DNA of 64,000 nt, from positions 1,116,001 to 1,180,000 of the forward strand of contig JBODTK010000015.1 in the NCBI GenBank assembly GCA_050613775.1, in the 5' to 3' direction. Source of the stretch: Neocallimastix sp. 'constans' (Eukaryota). The position numbers and the translations under genes were made by a program. The notes beneath the pieces are model-generated. The model saw nothing but the letters and a program-made list of their open reading frames with translations. It searched no databases and was not told where the DNA came from. Shown here piece after piece: positions 1-15,683 of the stretch. How positions within the stretch are numbered: the stretch's first letter is position 1; each line of letters opens with the position of its first letter.

Positions 1-529
1 AATAAAAAATAAAAAAAAATAATAATAAAGATAATAGTAAAGAGTAAATAATAAAAAATAAAAAAAAAATATTAAAGATAATAGTAAATAATAAATAATT
101 ATTATTAATTTATTATTCAAAAAAAAAAAAGATTAAATATTATAAATTAAAAAAAAATATATAATAAAATAAAGTAAGTAAATTTAATAAATAACAATAA
201 TTAATCATGTAAAACTTCAATACCAATTAGTAAAAAATTAAACAAAAAAAAATGAAACATTAAACAATAATATCATAATATTATTAAAAAAAAAAAAAGA
301 AAAATAAAGAAAAGCATCAACGGTGAAAGGCATCACCATTATATACATTATATTGAATGTAATCTCTTTTTTTTTTTTTTAACATTATGTCCTTCCAAAT
401 AATAGTCAACATTTTTGGCACTTCCAAATAATAATAATAATAGTAAATCTAAAACATTCTGAAATTCCTCCATACAAAAAATATTTATTAATTAAAGTTT
501 ATCAATATATTAAGATTAAATTAAACAAA

Positions 530-735
530 AAATAAATAGATAAATAATAATAAATAAATAGATAAATAATAATAAATAAATAGATATATAATAATAAATA
601 AATAGATAAATAATAATAAATAAATAGATAAATAATAATAAATAAATAGATAAATAATAATAAATAAATAGATAAATAATAATAAATAAATAGATAAATA
701 ATAATAAATAAATAGATAAATAAATGAATAAATAA
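530..735. repeat. 22-bp minisatellite (TAAATAATAATAAATAAATAGA)n, ~9 copies
   Basis: Directly visible tandem units. Confidence 0.85.
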
Positions 736-2740
736 AAAAAAAACATTTACCAAAAATTTAATTTAATTTAATTTAATTTACTTTTATTAATCTTAAAAAT
801 TTTAAATCTTAAATAAGTCGATAGTTCATTGGATATTTAACATTTTGATTGTGATACAATGAATAAAAATGAATTATTAAAAATTAGAAAATTTTAAAAA
901 AAAAAAAATTTATTTTATATATTAAAAAATTAAATTAATAATTAAATAATTAAATAAATGTTGAAAAACTTTAAAGCTACTTATTATTATTATTATTTTT
1001 TATTATTTTTTATTATTATTTTTTATTATTATTTATTATTTATTATTATTATTTATTATTATTAGTACTTATTATTTTAATAATAATAAATAATTAAATA
1101 ATAAAAAATAAATAATAAAAAAAACACTTATTAATAAATAAATTAATAAATAAAAAAAATATTTATTAATAAAAACTAATCAATGAATTGAATTGAATAG
1201 TTAACAAATGAATAAATAGAAATATAATATAGAGTAGTTCTATTTCATATCTCAATTTTGAAAAGTACAAAATTAAAAGCTAAAAGAAAGGATACATAAA
1301 GAAAGAGCAAAAAACAAAATAATCTATAGATATCAGATAAATATAACAAATCTACTTTAATATAAAAATATATATATATTATTATTATTTTAATCTTCTT
1401 ATATATATGTATATATAATCGATCCATTTTTCTCTCTTTATGCCAGAAAAGAATATTAATAATAAAATTCAAAGGTAAAACATAATATAATATAATAGTA
1501 ACATATTTAAATAGTAAATGAGAATTAAATATTGTTTTTACTATTTATTGGTTCTTACTATAATTAATTAAAAGAAAATAATAAAATTAAAAAAATGCTA
1601 TGAAAATCTTTTAATATTATTTAATTAACTTCTGGTAAAAAATTTTATTAATAAATTTTTATATTTATATCTATTTATATTTATTTATATATATTTAAAT
1701 ATTTTATATTTATATTTATTTATATATATTTAAATATTTTATATTTAAATCTATTTATATATATTTAAATATTTTATATTTATATTTATATATATATATT
1801 TAAATATTTTATATTTATATCTATTTATATATATATATATTTATTGTATTATTATCAAATAGTTATTATTCAACTTAATATGGTAAACTATTATTAAAAC
1901 AATATTAATATAAATTAATTAAAGTCTTATTATTATTCCTTTTGAAAAATAACAAAATTATAAATATATATATATTTTTTGGACCTCAATAAAAGATTAG
2001 AACAAAAAACAAGCAAACAAAATGAAAAAAAAAAAAAAAAAAGGATTTATTTCATTTACTTAAAATGAATGAATAAATAAATATAACTTAAATAAATAAT
2101 AATGAATAAAATTTATGAATTAAAATATACCGTTAGCAACGGTTAAAACCATCCATCAGAATAAAAATATATAAAAGTACACATTTAATTAATATATGCA
2201 TTATAGTCTATTAATATTATTTAATTATGTAATAGTATCTATAAAAAATTAAAAAATAATTATAAAACTGCAGTTAATATTTATTATTTAATAAATTATT
2301 GTATAAATATATAATTTATATTGATTAGTTATATATATAAAATTTATTTATTAAAATATAATAATTAATCATAATTAATCATAATATAATATTAACAGAT
2401 ATTATTGTTTTTTTTGAATGGTATGTTATTGATTTTTAAGCAATTAATTACATTTAGAAGTAGTTCTCTTTCTTAATTTATTTTATTTAATTCTAATTTT
2501 ATTTTATTTTATTTTATTTTGTTTTATTCAAAATTTATTATTATTATTATTATTATTTATTGTATTAAAAGAATTAATAATTCATCTGCCGTTCTTTATT
2601 TTTTCTTTTTTTTTTTTTTTTTTAACTTTTTTTCTTTATTTTATCCAAAATTTAAACTCATTCATTATGTCACACAGACTAAAACGTTTTGTTTTTTTTT
2701 TTTTTTTTATTCATTCTTGATATATAAATAAACTATATAT

Positions 2741-2851
<111 letters not shown>

Positions 2852-3149
2852 TTAATTTATTTATTAATTTATTTATTAATTTTATTTGTTATTTAGTTTT
2901 ATTATTATTATTATTTATTTTTTAATTTAACCAATAATATTAATATTATATATATATTTTTAAATTTTATTTTTAATATTTATAAGAATTATATCTTTTT
3001 AATCTCCCATCTTTTATAGAGGATCATTAATATTGTTATTCTTATAATTCAACCAAGGAACACTGGATGTATTTATAAGTATCAACCAGTATTATGGAAT
3101 GGTTAACCATACCTTCTTTATCGCTTATGTAATTAAACAAGTTTAATAA

Positions 3150-4230
3150 ATAATAAATAATAAAAAGAGTATTTATTTATTTATTATTTATTTATTATTA
3201 TTATATATTTATTATTTATTAATAAATACTCTTTTTATTGTTTATTATTTATTATTTATTATTTATTATTTATAATTTATTATTTATAATTTATTATTTA
3301 TTATTTATTAATAAATACTCTTTTTATAATTTATTATTTATTAATAAATACTCTTTTTATTATTTATTATTTATTAATAAATACTCTTTTTATTATTTAT
3401 TATTTATTAATAAATACTCTTTTTATTATTTATTATTTATTAATAAATACTCTTTTTATAATTTATTATTTATTATTCAATTATTTATTATTTATTATTT
3501 ATTATTTATTATTATTTATTATTTATTATTTATTATTTATTATTTATTATTTATTATTTATTATTTATTATTTATTATTTATTATTTATTAATAAATACT
3601 CTTTTTATTATTTATTATTTATTATTTATTAATAAATACTCTTTTTATTATTTATTATTTATTATTTATTAATAAATACTCTTTTTTATTATTTATTATT
3701 TATTAATAAATACTCTTTTTATTATTTATTATTTATTATTTATTAATAAATACTCTTTTTTATTATTTATTATTTATTAATAAATACTCTTTTTATTATT
3801 TATTATTTATTATTTATTAATAAATACTCTTTTTATTATTTATTATTTATTAATAAATACTCTTTTTATAATTTATTATTTATTAATAAATACTCTTTTT
3901 ATTATTTATTATTTATTAATAAATACTCTTTTTATTATTTATTAATAAATACTCTTTTTATTATTATTTATTATTTATTATTTATTAATAAATACTCTTT
4001 TTATTAATTATTATTTATTATTTATTTATTTATTATTTATTATTTATTTATTTATTATTTATTATTTATTGTTTATTGTTTATTATTTATTTATTTATTT
4101 ATTTATTATTAATTTATTATTTAGTTATTTTTATTATTCCATTCAATTTATCTATTAATTATTTATTATTATTATTTATTTATTATTTATTAGTTATTAA
4201 TAAATACTTTTTTTATTTATTTAATTATTA
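3150..4230. repeat. Compound minisatellite: (TTATTAT)n interspersed with TAATAAATACTCTTTT units
   Basis: Directly visible. One inverted unit (AAAAAGAGTATTTATT) lies near 3162-3177. Confidence 0.85.
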
Positions 4231-4573
4231 TTTATTACAATTGCAAGTGAACATCCAACTCCATTAAGTTACTAAAGACTGTATTAGTCTTTAGTAACTC
4301 TATGGAAAAAAAAGAAAAAAAGTCAATTTAAATATTTCTTTTTCATAGAAATTAAAACGTAAACACCTTTTCTAATGTTAAAGCTAAAAATTTCAATATA
4401 AAATTTCTCGTTTTAAAGCTAATGGAGTTAATATATAAAAAAAAAAAAAAAATCAAAATTAATTTCTTTATTTTAATTTTTAATATAAAAAGCTTATGAG
4501 ATGGCAGTATACCCTATCTAAAAATAAAATTATTAAATAATTACTCATTTCATTTTTAATATAAATATCATTT

Positions 4574-4614
<41 letters not shown>

Positions 4615-5243
4615 TTTAAAAGCTAAAAAGGACGATCAATCTATTATTTTTGACTAAATAATGAAGAAAAATATCTTTTATATATATGTTTATATAATTT
4701 AATATTGATATAATTTTAAAGAATATGTTTAATAGATAAATAATATGAATCACTTTTAAACATATATATACTACAATTTAACAAATTAAAAGACATAATT
4801 TTTTTTTATTAATTTATTTTTTATTTAATTTACTTTGAATATTAATTTTATACTTTAAGAATAAAAAAAAAAAATTCTAATTTTTAATATATATTTATAT
4901 ATATATTTAAATTTATAAAAATCTATATAAATATTTTTTTTTTTTTTAAATTATTTTAAAATTAGATATAATAAATTTTATCTTTAAAGATAATAAATAT
5001 ATAATAAATAAAACAAAAAAGGTATATTAAATTATTATTATTATAAATTTTTTTATTTTTTTTTTTTTTTTTTAATTTAAATCAATATTTAAAAATATGA
5101 TATATATCTTTTTATAAAAAAATTTTTTATAGATACTAGGGGTTAGTATTTATAAAAAAAAATTTTTTTTTTTCATTTCTACTTTTTACCTTTCCGTTTT
5201 ATTTATTTCTCTCTTTTTTGTTTTTTTATATTTTTTATATTTT

Positions 5244-7225
5244 TTATGGTACTAAAACACATTTAAGATAAGCAAGAATATTTAATCTATATTTTTCACA
5301 ATCTTTTGTGTTAGTAGAAGTGGTAGTAGTAGTTGTAGTGATAGTTGGGAGATTAGGAGCTTGAGAAACAGTAGTTTGGGCTGCTGGAAGGGTAGGTTGA
5401 GCAATGGCAGTGGTAGGTTGAATAACGATAGTGGTGGTTGGAATGGTGTCATTACCATTGACAATTGCATTACCATTAGTGGTATCATTACCATTAATAA
5501 TAGTATTATTAATAGCATTAGATTCATATGAATTTTGATTTAAAGACCAATCTATACTTTCACTTAATTCAATTGTCTTAGTTTCTCCCTTCTTTAATGG
5601 AATCCAAACAGTTAATGGATCTTTACCAACTTGTTCAAGAATAGCATCGGATGGAAGAGAGGATTTATTGACACCACCTGGAACAGTCACTGGAAGAGTA
5701 CAATCACCGGTTGTAGCACTAACAGAGATACCAGTAACCTTATTATTATTGTCAACAATTAATTTAACTACTTGACCACAGGCTTCAATTTGAGCACGTT
5801 TAATGAAACCTTCCATAATAGTATCAATCTTAATAGAAATTAAAGGCCATTCAACGTATTGGTTGTATAAATTAACAATTGGGGTAACCCATTCTTCAAG
5901 AAGAGAAGCACCGGTATCTTCATTACGAAGGTTAGCTTGATGGAATTGGTGAGCTTCATGACGAAGTTTAGTCATTAAAAGTAAGGTACGCTTACTTTCA
6001 CGATCAACAATTTCATCCCAGGTAGAATCTTTACCAAAGTAGGATTTGTAAATATGATTATACATCCAGGTATTTTCGGCTTTAGTGGTACACATGTAAT
6101 AAATTTCGGTTGGGGTACGTGGAATAATTGGGAAACCGGCAAGATTACTACTTTCTAAGGTGGTATAGAATGGAAGGTAGGGATTATCAAGATTAATAAT
6201 GGCTGGACGACTGAGATCTCCGGTACCGGCAGTGATACCATATTGTCTGAAGATTTCAAGAGCATCCTTGTTGTGGAGACCAGAAATTTGTGGAGTGATA
6301 ATGGCGTGTTCAGACCACCATTCCTTACCAAAGACACCTAATTTCTTAGCAATTTCAATGTTCAAACGAATTTCATTATCAACATCAGATCTTGAAGCAT
6401 TATCTAAGTTTTCATGAGAGAAGGTGTGAGAACTCCAGTAGAATTCCTTTTGTTTGGCATCATTATTCTTAAAGTACTTGTATAATGGATCTTTTTGGTA
6501 TAAGGATTCAGCAAAGTTTAATTGATAATTTTCAACTGGCCAACGCTTGTCACCGGTACCTGGAGTCTTCACAAATTCTAACTCAACATAACGTTCACCA
6601 TCGACTTCAACAGCAGATTCTGGATCGGCTTGAATTAAAATACCATTACCATTGAAGGCCAACTCAACCTTAAATTCAGAGCCTTCTGGCATCTTCTTCT
6701 TAATGGAATTTTGGAAATTAATGATACCATCATAATCTTTCGGACTTGTACGGAAAGCTAATCCTTTCGTGTTTTCAACTAAATTCTTTTTCATATCAAT
6801 AAGATCGGTAGAAAGGAAGACATCATCAATGTGAGCAGTGAAATAGACACGACGGAAACCATTGAAAATGTTACGAGTACCCCATACTAACCATAAATGA
6901 GAAAGAATGACACTACTTTGAGACCAGGAACCAAAACCAAAGTAGAAACTCATCTTTTCACGACCATTAGGATAGGTAGTAATAGTAGCGGCAACTGCAC
7001 CTTTTGAACCATTTTCATTATAATATAAGAATGGTTTAACAAGGGATTCATTGGTAATCTTTATACGAGTATGATAAATACTATTATAAATAGATTAAAA
7101 AAAAATAATGATAATAAATAAATAAAATATTTTTATGTTATTAAAATTGTTTTATTTTTTTTTATAATATATAATATTAATTAAATCTATTTATCAATTC
7201 AATTATAAAAAATTTAAAAATAAAA

Positions 7226-7271
<46 letters not shown>

Positions 7272-7823
7272 TTTTATTTTTATTTACTTGTTAACATCTA
7301 ATGGAGCAGTTATTTTAACTCTGGTATCTTCAAAAATCTTTTTAGTGATATCATTATCAGCTGGAATAAGTTTTTGTTCAGGAATTGAGGAACCCCATTC
7401 ATTTTCCTTATATAAATCAATATAGTTGTAAATATTAATTTCAGAATCGATAGAAACTCTACGAACCCCGTATTTTGCTTCATATTCTTCAATGAAGGCC
7501 CACTGAGAATTAGAGAGATAGCTTACCCAGGCATGGGTACTACTATTTTCATAGGAAAGGTTACCACCATTAACAACAACAAGATTATATAATGGTTCAC
7601 CATCAGCACTAGTTAATGTTAAGTTTCCTGATGGAATATTACTTCCATTAAAGGCATAGATATCATATGGAATACCATAGGATTGGAAAGTTAACTTTAT
7701 AATATCATCATACTGTATATATTCTTCAGTAGTTAAAATTAAAGCCTTCATATTAATGGAGGTTGCACTACTTAATAGTGCTGAACCTAATAAAAATATT
7801 GTACTAAACAATGCTGTAAGCAT
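5244..7823 (-). CDS. Secreted Agd3-like (CE18) polysaccharide deacetylase, ~790 aa, 2 exons (7823-7288, 7080-5244)
   Basis: Signal peptide (MLTALFSTIFLLGSALLSSA). GT-AG intron 7081-7287 joins two ORFs in frame (LDVNN/IYHTRIK). Motifs HIDDVFL, SHTFSHENL, IIPR and FHQANL resemble Aspergillus Agd3. Thr/Pro-rich C-terminal tail. Confidence 0.85.
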
Positions 7824-8126
7824 TTTTTTTTTTTTTTTATAGTTTATATGTAAATATATTTATTTTAATAAAAGTTCAAGGTTTATTCCGAATTTTTCAA
7901 ACTTTAAACTTCTTTTTTTTTTTTTAAAAAAAAAAATAAATATATATATATTTTTTAATTTATATATTTTTTTGTAAAAAAAAGAACTTCTATTATAAAT
8001 TTTATAAAAAAAATAAATTTTGAAGTGAAATGTAAATATATTTATATTCATTTATCTATATATATTTCTTTTTAGTTTTTATTTTATTTTAATTTATATT
8101 ATATTATTTTTATTTTATTTTTTTAA

Positions 8127-8164
<38 letters not shown>

Positions 8165-9407
8165 TTCTAAATATTATAATTTGAAATTGATTTATAATAA
8201 TTAAACTTTTAATAATTCATTTATCTATATTATTCAATAAATTCTAATTTATATAGATTTGATGAAGAATTTCCTTTATTAAAGTAAATTGTATTCATTA
8301 CCTCTATCAAATATTATAAATATTAAATTAATTATAAAATTTTTATTTCTATTAGTTTAATTTATATTTAATTAATATCATTTTTTATTTTATTATAATT
8401 ATTACATATGTATATATATATATTTATAAAAAAGGATTAAAATGAAATTGAAATAATTTGCTCGTTTCATCAAAATGAAATATTAATGGCTCTAATCTAA
8501 AATAATAATAATAATAATAATAAAAAAACAATCAATGTTTAAATATAGATTACCATAAATAAACAATTAATTAAAGAATAATAATAAAAAAAATTTTTTT
8601 TTTTAAATAAAGATTTGTGATTATTATTTTGGATTAAATGATTCATTAATTTGATTATTTATTTATATTATTACTATTATTATTATTTCTTTGAATTATT
8701 ATGATATATGGATAAAATAATATTTAAGCTTTCTAAAATCAAAAGAATTAATGATATAATGGTAATGGTGATAATTAAAGTAATAATAAATAAAAAAAAA
8801 AAAAAAATAAAAGCTATTTGTTAAATAATTAAATAAAGGTTACAACAAAATCTAAAAGATTTTGAAAATAATTAATTTAATAAAAAAAAAAAAAAAATAA
8901 AAAATAAAAATATGAAATATAAAAACTATTATTATCAATTAAATATTATTATTAAAAATTTAAAAAGGATAAAAATTTTGGTTAAAGATTATTTTATAGA
9001 AAATTAATTATATATACTATGTAGTATTTATTATCAATTATACAACAGAAAATATCTTTTTTAAAATCTTAATCTACAGGATAAAAAATATATCAAATAA
9101 TTAATATATAAATATACATATTTTTTAAAATTGTTTAAATATTTATTATTTATTCTTAATTTATATTTATGGTAAATTATTATTTAATTGTTCATTATTA
9201 TCATTAGTATATTATTTAATGTTTATTAATATATAATATATATAATTATTAAATAATTTATTACTTAAAATTTCATTAAATTTTATGATATCATTATTAG
9301 AAACTATTAATCCTTTAAATTTTCAGAATTGAAAAACCTTTACTAATAATTTAAAGGAATGAAGCTTAATTTGAATGATTCATTAAATTAATTTCATTAG
9401 AAATTCC

Positions 9408-9477
<70 letters not shown>

Positions 9478-10325
9478 GTATTATTTGATTTTGATTATAA
9501 TTTATTTTATAAATAATATATATAAAAACAACATATTAAAGGCAAAATATCATTAATTAATAAAATATTTTAAATTTTTTTTTTTTTTTTTTGAAAAAAA
9601 ATTATATCCCTTGGTGAAACAAATTTAAATTTTAAAAGTTTAATATTTCATTTTTTTTTATTTTTTATTTTTTATTTTTTTAATTAAAAATCATAAATTA
9701 TTATTTAATGACTTTTTAATCATATAATAATGTACCTTTTTACATTATTAGATAATAACTATAATAATTTTCTATTAATATAATTGAAAATAAAAAATTA
9801 GAAATAATTACATTATATATTTTTATATATTTATTTTAAAAGGTTTATTAGTATTTTTACATTATATATATTTATGTCTTTATTTAAAAAAGGTTTATTA
9901 ACATTTTTGATATTAAATAAAGATATATATATTTATTTATTTAATAACAGATTATGAAAAAAAAAATATTCAGTAAAACATAATATCCTCATGCTTTTTT
10001 TTTTTTTTTTTTTTTTTAGCTATTAATAAATATTTCCTTATTATAATAAAGTATACTTAAAAAAAAAAAAAAAAAGTTATATTTTTTTTATATAATAAAA
10101 TTTATAATTTTATTATATATTAAATATTAAATTTCACAAAAAAATCAATTTTTTATTAATTTAGGTAAAAAACAAAAAAAAAAAAAACAAAAAAAAAAAA
10201 AGCAAAAAAAAAATAATTATTTATTTAGGTGAAGGAAAAAATAACCAATAGAATATAATAAAAAAAAAAAATAATCAATAAAAATTATTTAGAAATAAGA
10301 AATATTTATATATAATAAATAAAAA

Positions 10326-10358
<33 letters not shown>

Positions 10359-10879
10359 AAAATTATATATAATAAAATATTTTTTATTATTAGCTTTAAC
10401 AATTAATTAATTAATTAATTAATTAATAATAATAATAATATTATATAATACCTAATAAATTTTTAATTGTATTAATTATAATTTAATAATTAAATTTTAA
10501 TAGTAATAATAATAAAGAGCTAATAATAATAATAATAATAATATAAATAAATTAATGTAATAAAAATAAACCAAAATTTTTAAAAGAAGGTTTTAATAAT
10601 TCTTTTATTCCTTTTAATTATTGAAATTAATTAATCTCTAATGATAAAATGCCTCCATCAAGTGAACAATAATAGTTTCTCTTATTTAGAAAACATCAAT
10701 TAACGCATTAAAATTCATTCTTTTTTCATTAACTATTTTTCCGTATTAACCGATATATTATAAATCACTTGCGATAATCATTTTGATGCTTCGTATGGAA
10801 AATATTATAAAAAAATTTTTAAAGATAAACTTTGAATTGAAGTAGGTAATATTTTAAGATTTATTCATAAGAAAGAAGA

Positions 10880-10984
<105 letters not shown>

Positions 10985-12367
10985 TAATAATAAATAATAA
11001 ATAATAATAATAAATAATAAATAATATTCTAATATAGAAATGTGTAAATGAAAAATATATTGTTTTTGTTGAAAATAAAGGTTATTATTATTATAATAAT
11101 CTTCTTTCTTTATTTATTAAATTATATCTTTATATATATATAACTATTTATACTTTATTAAAGTTCAAATAATTATATTAGGTCTTTTTTTAATAATAAA
11201 ATATATATTTTAAATATAATATTTATCATCATAAAACTATTAATAATATTAAATAAAGTACTATGATATGAGAGTTATAATTTTTATAATGGGATTTTGA
11301 GTAGAAAAATTTTTTTTTGAATTACTATTATCTTTAATTGATTCCATTTATTTCATAAGAATCATTATATATTTACATATATATATTTTCACAATTTTTT
11401 TAGCTATTTTTTTTGCAACATCAAAATAATAAAAAAGGAATTCCACATAAATAAATAATCTACTATTTGAAAGTTTCATCCTTTGTATTATTATTTCAAA
11501 GGAATTTAAAATTTTACTATTAAAACTTCTCAAATTATTTTTTTTTTATTTGAATTTTTTTATTTTCTAATTTAACAAGTTCATCGTAAGGATAATATTC
11601 TTATAACAATCCTCTTCTTTTCATAATCTCATAATGAATAAATTTTTAATTAATTTCAAAAAAAAAAAAAAAAAAAAAAAAAAATTCTCACATAGGGAAA
11701 CCTTCTTTCTCCTAATTTGAATATGGTTTTAGTAAAAATTTAAAAGTTCTTGCAAAAAGCTATTCGTACTCATGTTAAGAATAAAATAAAATAAAATAAT
11801 TATTAATTAAAAAAAAAAAAAAATAAAAATTGAACATGAAGTAAATTTTTAATATATATATATATAGAGGTTGGAAAGATCGATACTCTATCAATGGGAT
11901 ATCTAATGGATTAAATTATTATTTATGTTACTTATAAAAAGATACATTAAATTACCGTTTTTCTTTTAATGATAGATGGAGTAAAAAATTTGATATTGAT
12001 GAATAAGATAAAAAAACAAAAAAAAAAAAAAAATGAAAATTATTCAATTTTTAAAAAGTTTTATTAATAATCGTATTGAAAGAGTCAAATTATTATTAAT
12101 AGAAGAAGATATAAATAAAAATAAAATGATTTTTAATTCTGAATAATATATATAAAAAGAGTATTCTAATAGAATATAATGAATTTATCTAAACGATTCC
12201 ATTCGTAACATATATATATATATATATAAAATATTATATATATATATATATATTTTTATTTTTATTATTTTTTTTTTTTATTATGATTACATTTTTTTTA
12301 ATAATATATTATATTAAAAAATTATTTTTGATTCAGTACAATGAAGTTTGAAATCTTTATGTCAATA

Positions 12368-12411
<44 letters not shown>

Positions 12412-12774
12412 AATTTAACTAACATTTCCATCGAAGCAAATTTAATTATATTTATTAATTATGTACTATTATTCTTTTGAAGTAGATTTTCTTCGAAGGA
12501 GATAATATTAAATTATTCTTGATTTCAATTGGAAGTTAATGAATTAGAAATCGCTTCCACTATAATACAGTTTTTTTTTTTTTTTTTTTTTTGTCTATTT
12601 TTAAAAAAAAAAAAATAACATTTTATATTATAAGATTTAAGAACTACGTAACATACAATACATATAAAAAATATTTTTTTTTAGTGTCTTTTTAGTATTG
12701 AGACTTTTTTATATATTTAATTAGTCTGGATATTTTTCGTTTATATACCACTTTTATATCTAATTTATAAATTG

Positions 12775-12825
<51 letters not shown>

Positions 12826-13197
12826 TTATTATTATTTTATTATTATTATTATTATTATTATTTTTATTTTTAATTTATTTTATTTTATTTTTATTAATAC
12901 TTTAATCTTTTATATTACTTTACTATTTATTTTATTTTATTTATTTTATTTTATTTTTATTAATACTTTAATCTTTTATATTACTTTACTATTTATTTTA
13001 TTTTATTTTATTCAATCTGTATTTTATATTTATATTTCAACTCTTTATTTCATTTTATTTAATTTGTAATTGTATTTAATTAAAAATTTACAATTTTAAT
13101 AATTATTCTTCATGTATTATGTCTATATCTTTTAATATTTTTATTAGTCCTTATCATTACAACTATAAAACTTTAATATATATGAAAGGAGAAATTT

Positions 13198-13254
<57 letters not shown>

Positions 13255-13318
13255 ATCAATGAATTCTGGCAGATTTTTTTTTTTTTTTTTTTATTTATAT
13301 ATAAATAATGCATAATGA

Positions 13319-13372
13319 TGCATATACATATACTTTTATGTATATATATACATAAAAGTATATGTATATGCA
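13319..13372. repeat. Perfect 54-bp palindrome
   Basis: TGCATATACATATACTTTTATGTATAT is followed directly by its reverse complement. Confidence 0.9.
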
Positions 13373-13881
13373 GCATCTATAAAAAAAAAATTAATTATTG
13401 TTGCATTTAATTAAAAAAATATATATATATAAGCTTTAGTAAATTAGTATAAATTTTAAACGGTTTATTATAACTTTTTTTTTTTTTTTTTTTTTTTTTT
13501 TGAATAAAGATCATTAATAATAATTAAAATAAATAAATAAATAAATGTTTTGAAAATATTTATTACTCATAATAAATTATACAATGATTCCAAATTTCTA
13601 CCCAAATAAAAAACCATGAATATAAATATATATGTATATATATTTATTAAATATTATACTTATTAAAAAAGCATTAAAAAAAAATTTTTTTTTTTTTAAA
13701 TAAAAATTGTTTATTTCTATATAAACTTTAAAATATAGAATTACTCATGCTTTAAATATTAAAGATTTTAAAAAGAATTCTAATATTAAAAAAAAAAAAT
13801 TATGATAATAAAAAATAAATAAAATAAAATAAAAAGAAAAAAAGAGAATAAAATAAAAATAAATTGTATAAAAACTTTAAA

Positions 13882-13915
<34 letters not shown>

Positions 13916-15085
13916 CTTATTGTTTTTATATATATTTTTTATTTTAAAATTGTTTAATTTTTCAAATTCTAATTTTTAAATTTTTTTTTTTTTTTTAAAT
14001 TAGAATAAAATTATAGTTTTTACCGTTCATATATTATTATCACTATTATTATTATTCATTATTTGTTATTATTCATAATTTGTTATTATAATAACTTTAT
14101 TATAATTATAATTTATTACTTTAACTCAATTGCATTTTTTTGTTAGGTTATCTTTACTCTTTTTTTTTTTTTTTTTTTTTTTTAATTTTATTATTATTAT
14201 TATTATTTATTGTCACGTCACTAAAAAAAAAAAAAAAGGACAACTACATATTTTATATTTAAAATTTTTAAATAACATATAAATAACATAGATGGTTTAA
14301 AAAATATAAATCATTTTATAAATTTTTTGATGATTGTTTAATTCACTGTTAAAAATCAGAATTGTAAAAAATATATATATATATATATATACATAAAAAA
14401 AAATAAAAAAATAAAAAAATTATAAATCATTATATATATATATATAAATATATGATATTATTAGATAAATAAATAAAATATACATATATTTTTTTTTCTC
14501 TTAGCACATTTTTATATTTTATTAATATATTGGTCAACTTTAATAAATATTAATAATATATTTAAGTTTTAACTACTAAAAAAAAAAAAAAAAAACAATT
14601 AAAATAAATATTTTTTTTTTATGTTTTTGTTTTTTGTTTTTTTTTGTTTTGTTTTTTTGTTTTGATTAAAATTAAAATAAAATTATAAAAACTTTAATTT
14701 CTATTTTATATGAATAATTATCAAATTTATCACTTTTTTACTTCTACCTCTATCTTATTTTTTTTTATTTTTATTTTTTTTAAATAATTATTTAAAAAGT
14801 AGGGCCATAAAAAAAAAATTTAGCTGTGTAATGCGTGCATGATAATTAAAAGTTTTATATATATATAAATGAAAATTTAAATCTTAAAATATATTAAATA
14901 AAAAAAAAATATTTATTATAAAATTTTTAAAAATTGTAATCTAAAATAATAATTAATGATAGGAAAATGTTATTAAAAATGTTTGTGATAATAAAAAAAT
15001 CATAATGATAATAACAAAATATAAACAAATTAAAATAAAATTTATAATAAATTAATGAATAAAAATAATAATAATATTAAATAAT

Positions 15086-15122
<37 letters not shown>

Positions 15123-15250
15123 TATAATAATTACTGAGATTATTGATTATTGATACTGAAATGTTTTAAAAATATATAATTAATAATTATTATTATATGT
15201 AAAAATATTATAAAAAAATATATTTTAGTTTACCGATCATTTTTTTTTAT

Positions 15251-15290
<40 letters not shown>

Positions 15291-15605
15291 CGAGTATGCA
15301 AGTTCAAATATTTCGGTCTTTATGTATAAATGATATAATAAAAGGTTTTATTATTACTATTATTATTATATTATTATTATTATTACATATATATATATTC
15401 TTTTATCTTCTTTTTTCTGGCTTATTTTTTTTTTAAAGTTATTATACATATAAATATTATTAAATTATTTAAAATAAATGAAATAAAAATAAAGTTAAAA
15501 CTAAATAAAATAAATAATAAACGAGATTAGCAATGATATAATATAAAGTTTTCTAGGTAATTATATTTAATTAAATAAAAAAAAAAATTTACAAAAAATA
15601 ATAAG

Positions 15606-15683
<78 letters not shown>

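Noticed and set aside
2130..2142. CCGTTAGCAACGG quasi-palindrome (Myb/RFX-like)
   Set aside because: Single short occurrence with no gene start nearby to link it to.
3220..4010. CRISPR-like appearance of the recurring TAATAAATACTCTTTT units
   Set aside because: The spacers are themselves repeats, the host is eukaryotic and there are no cas genes.
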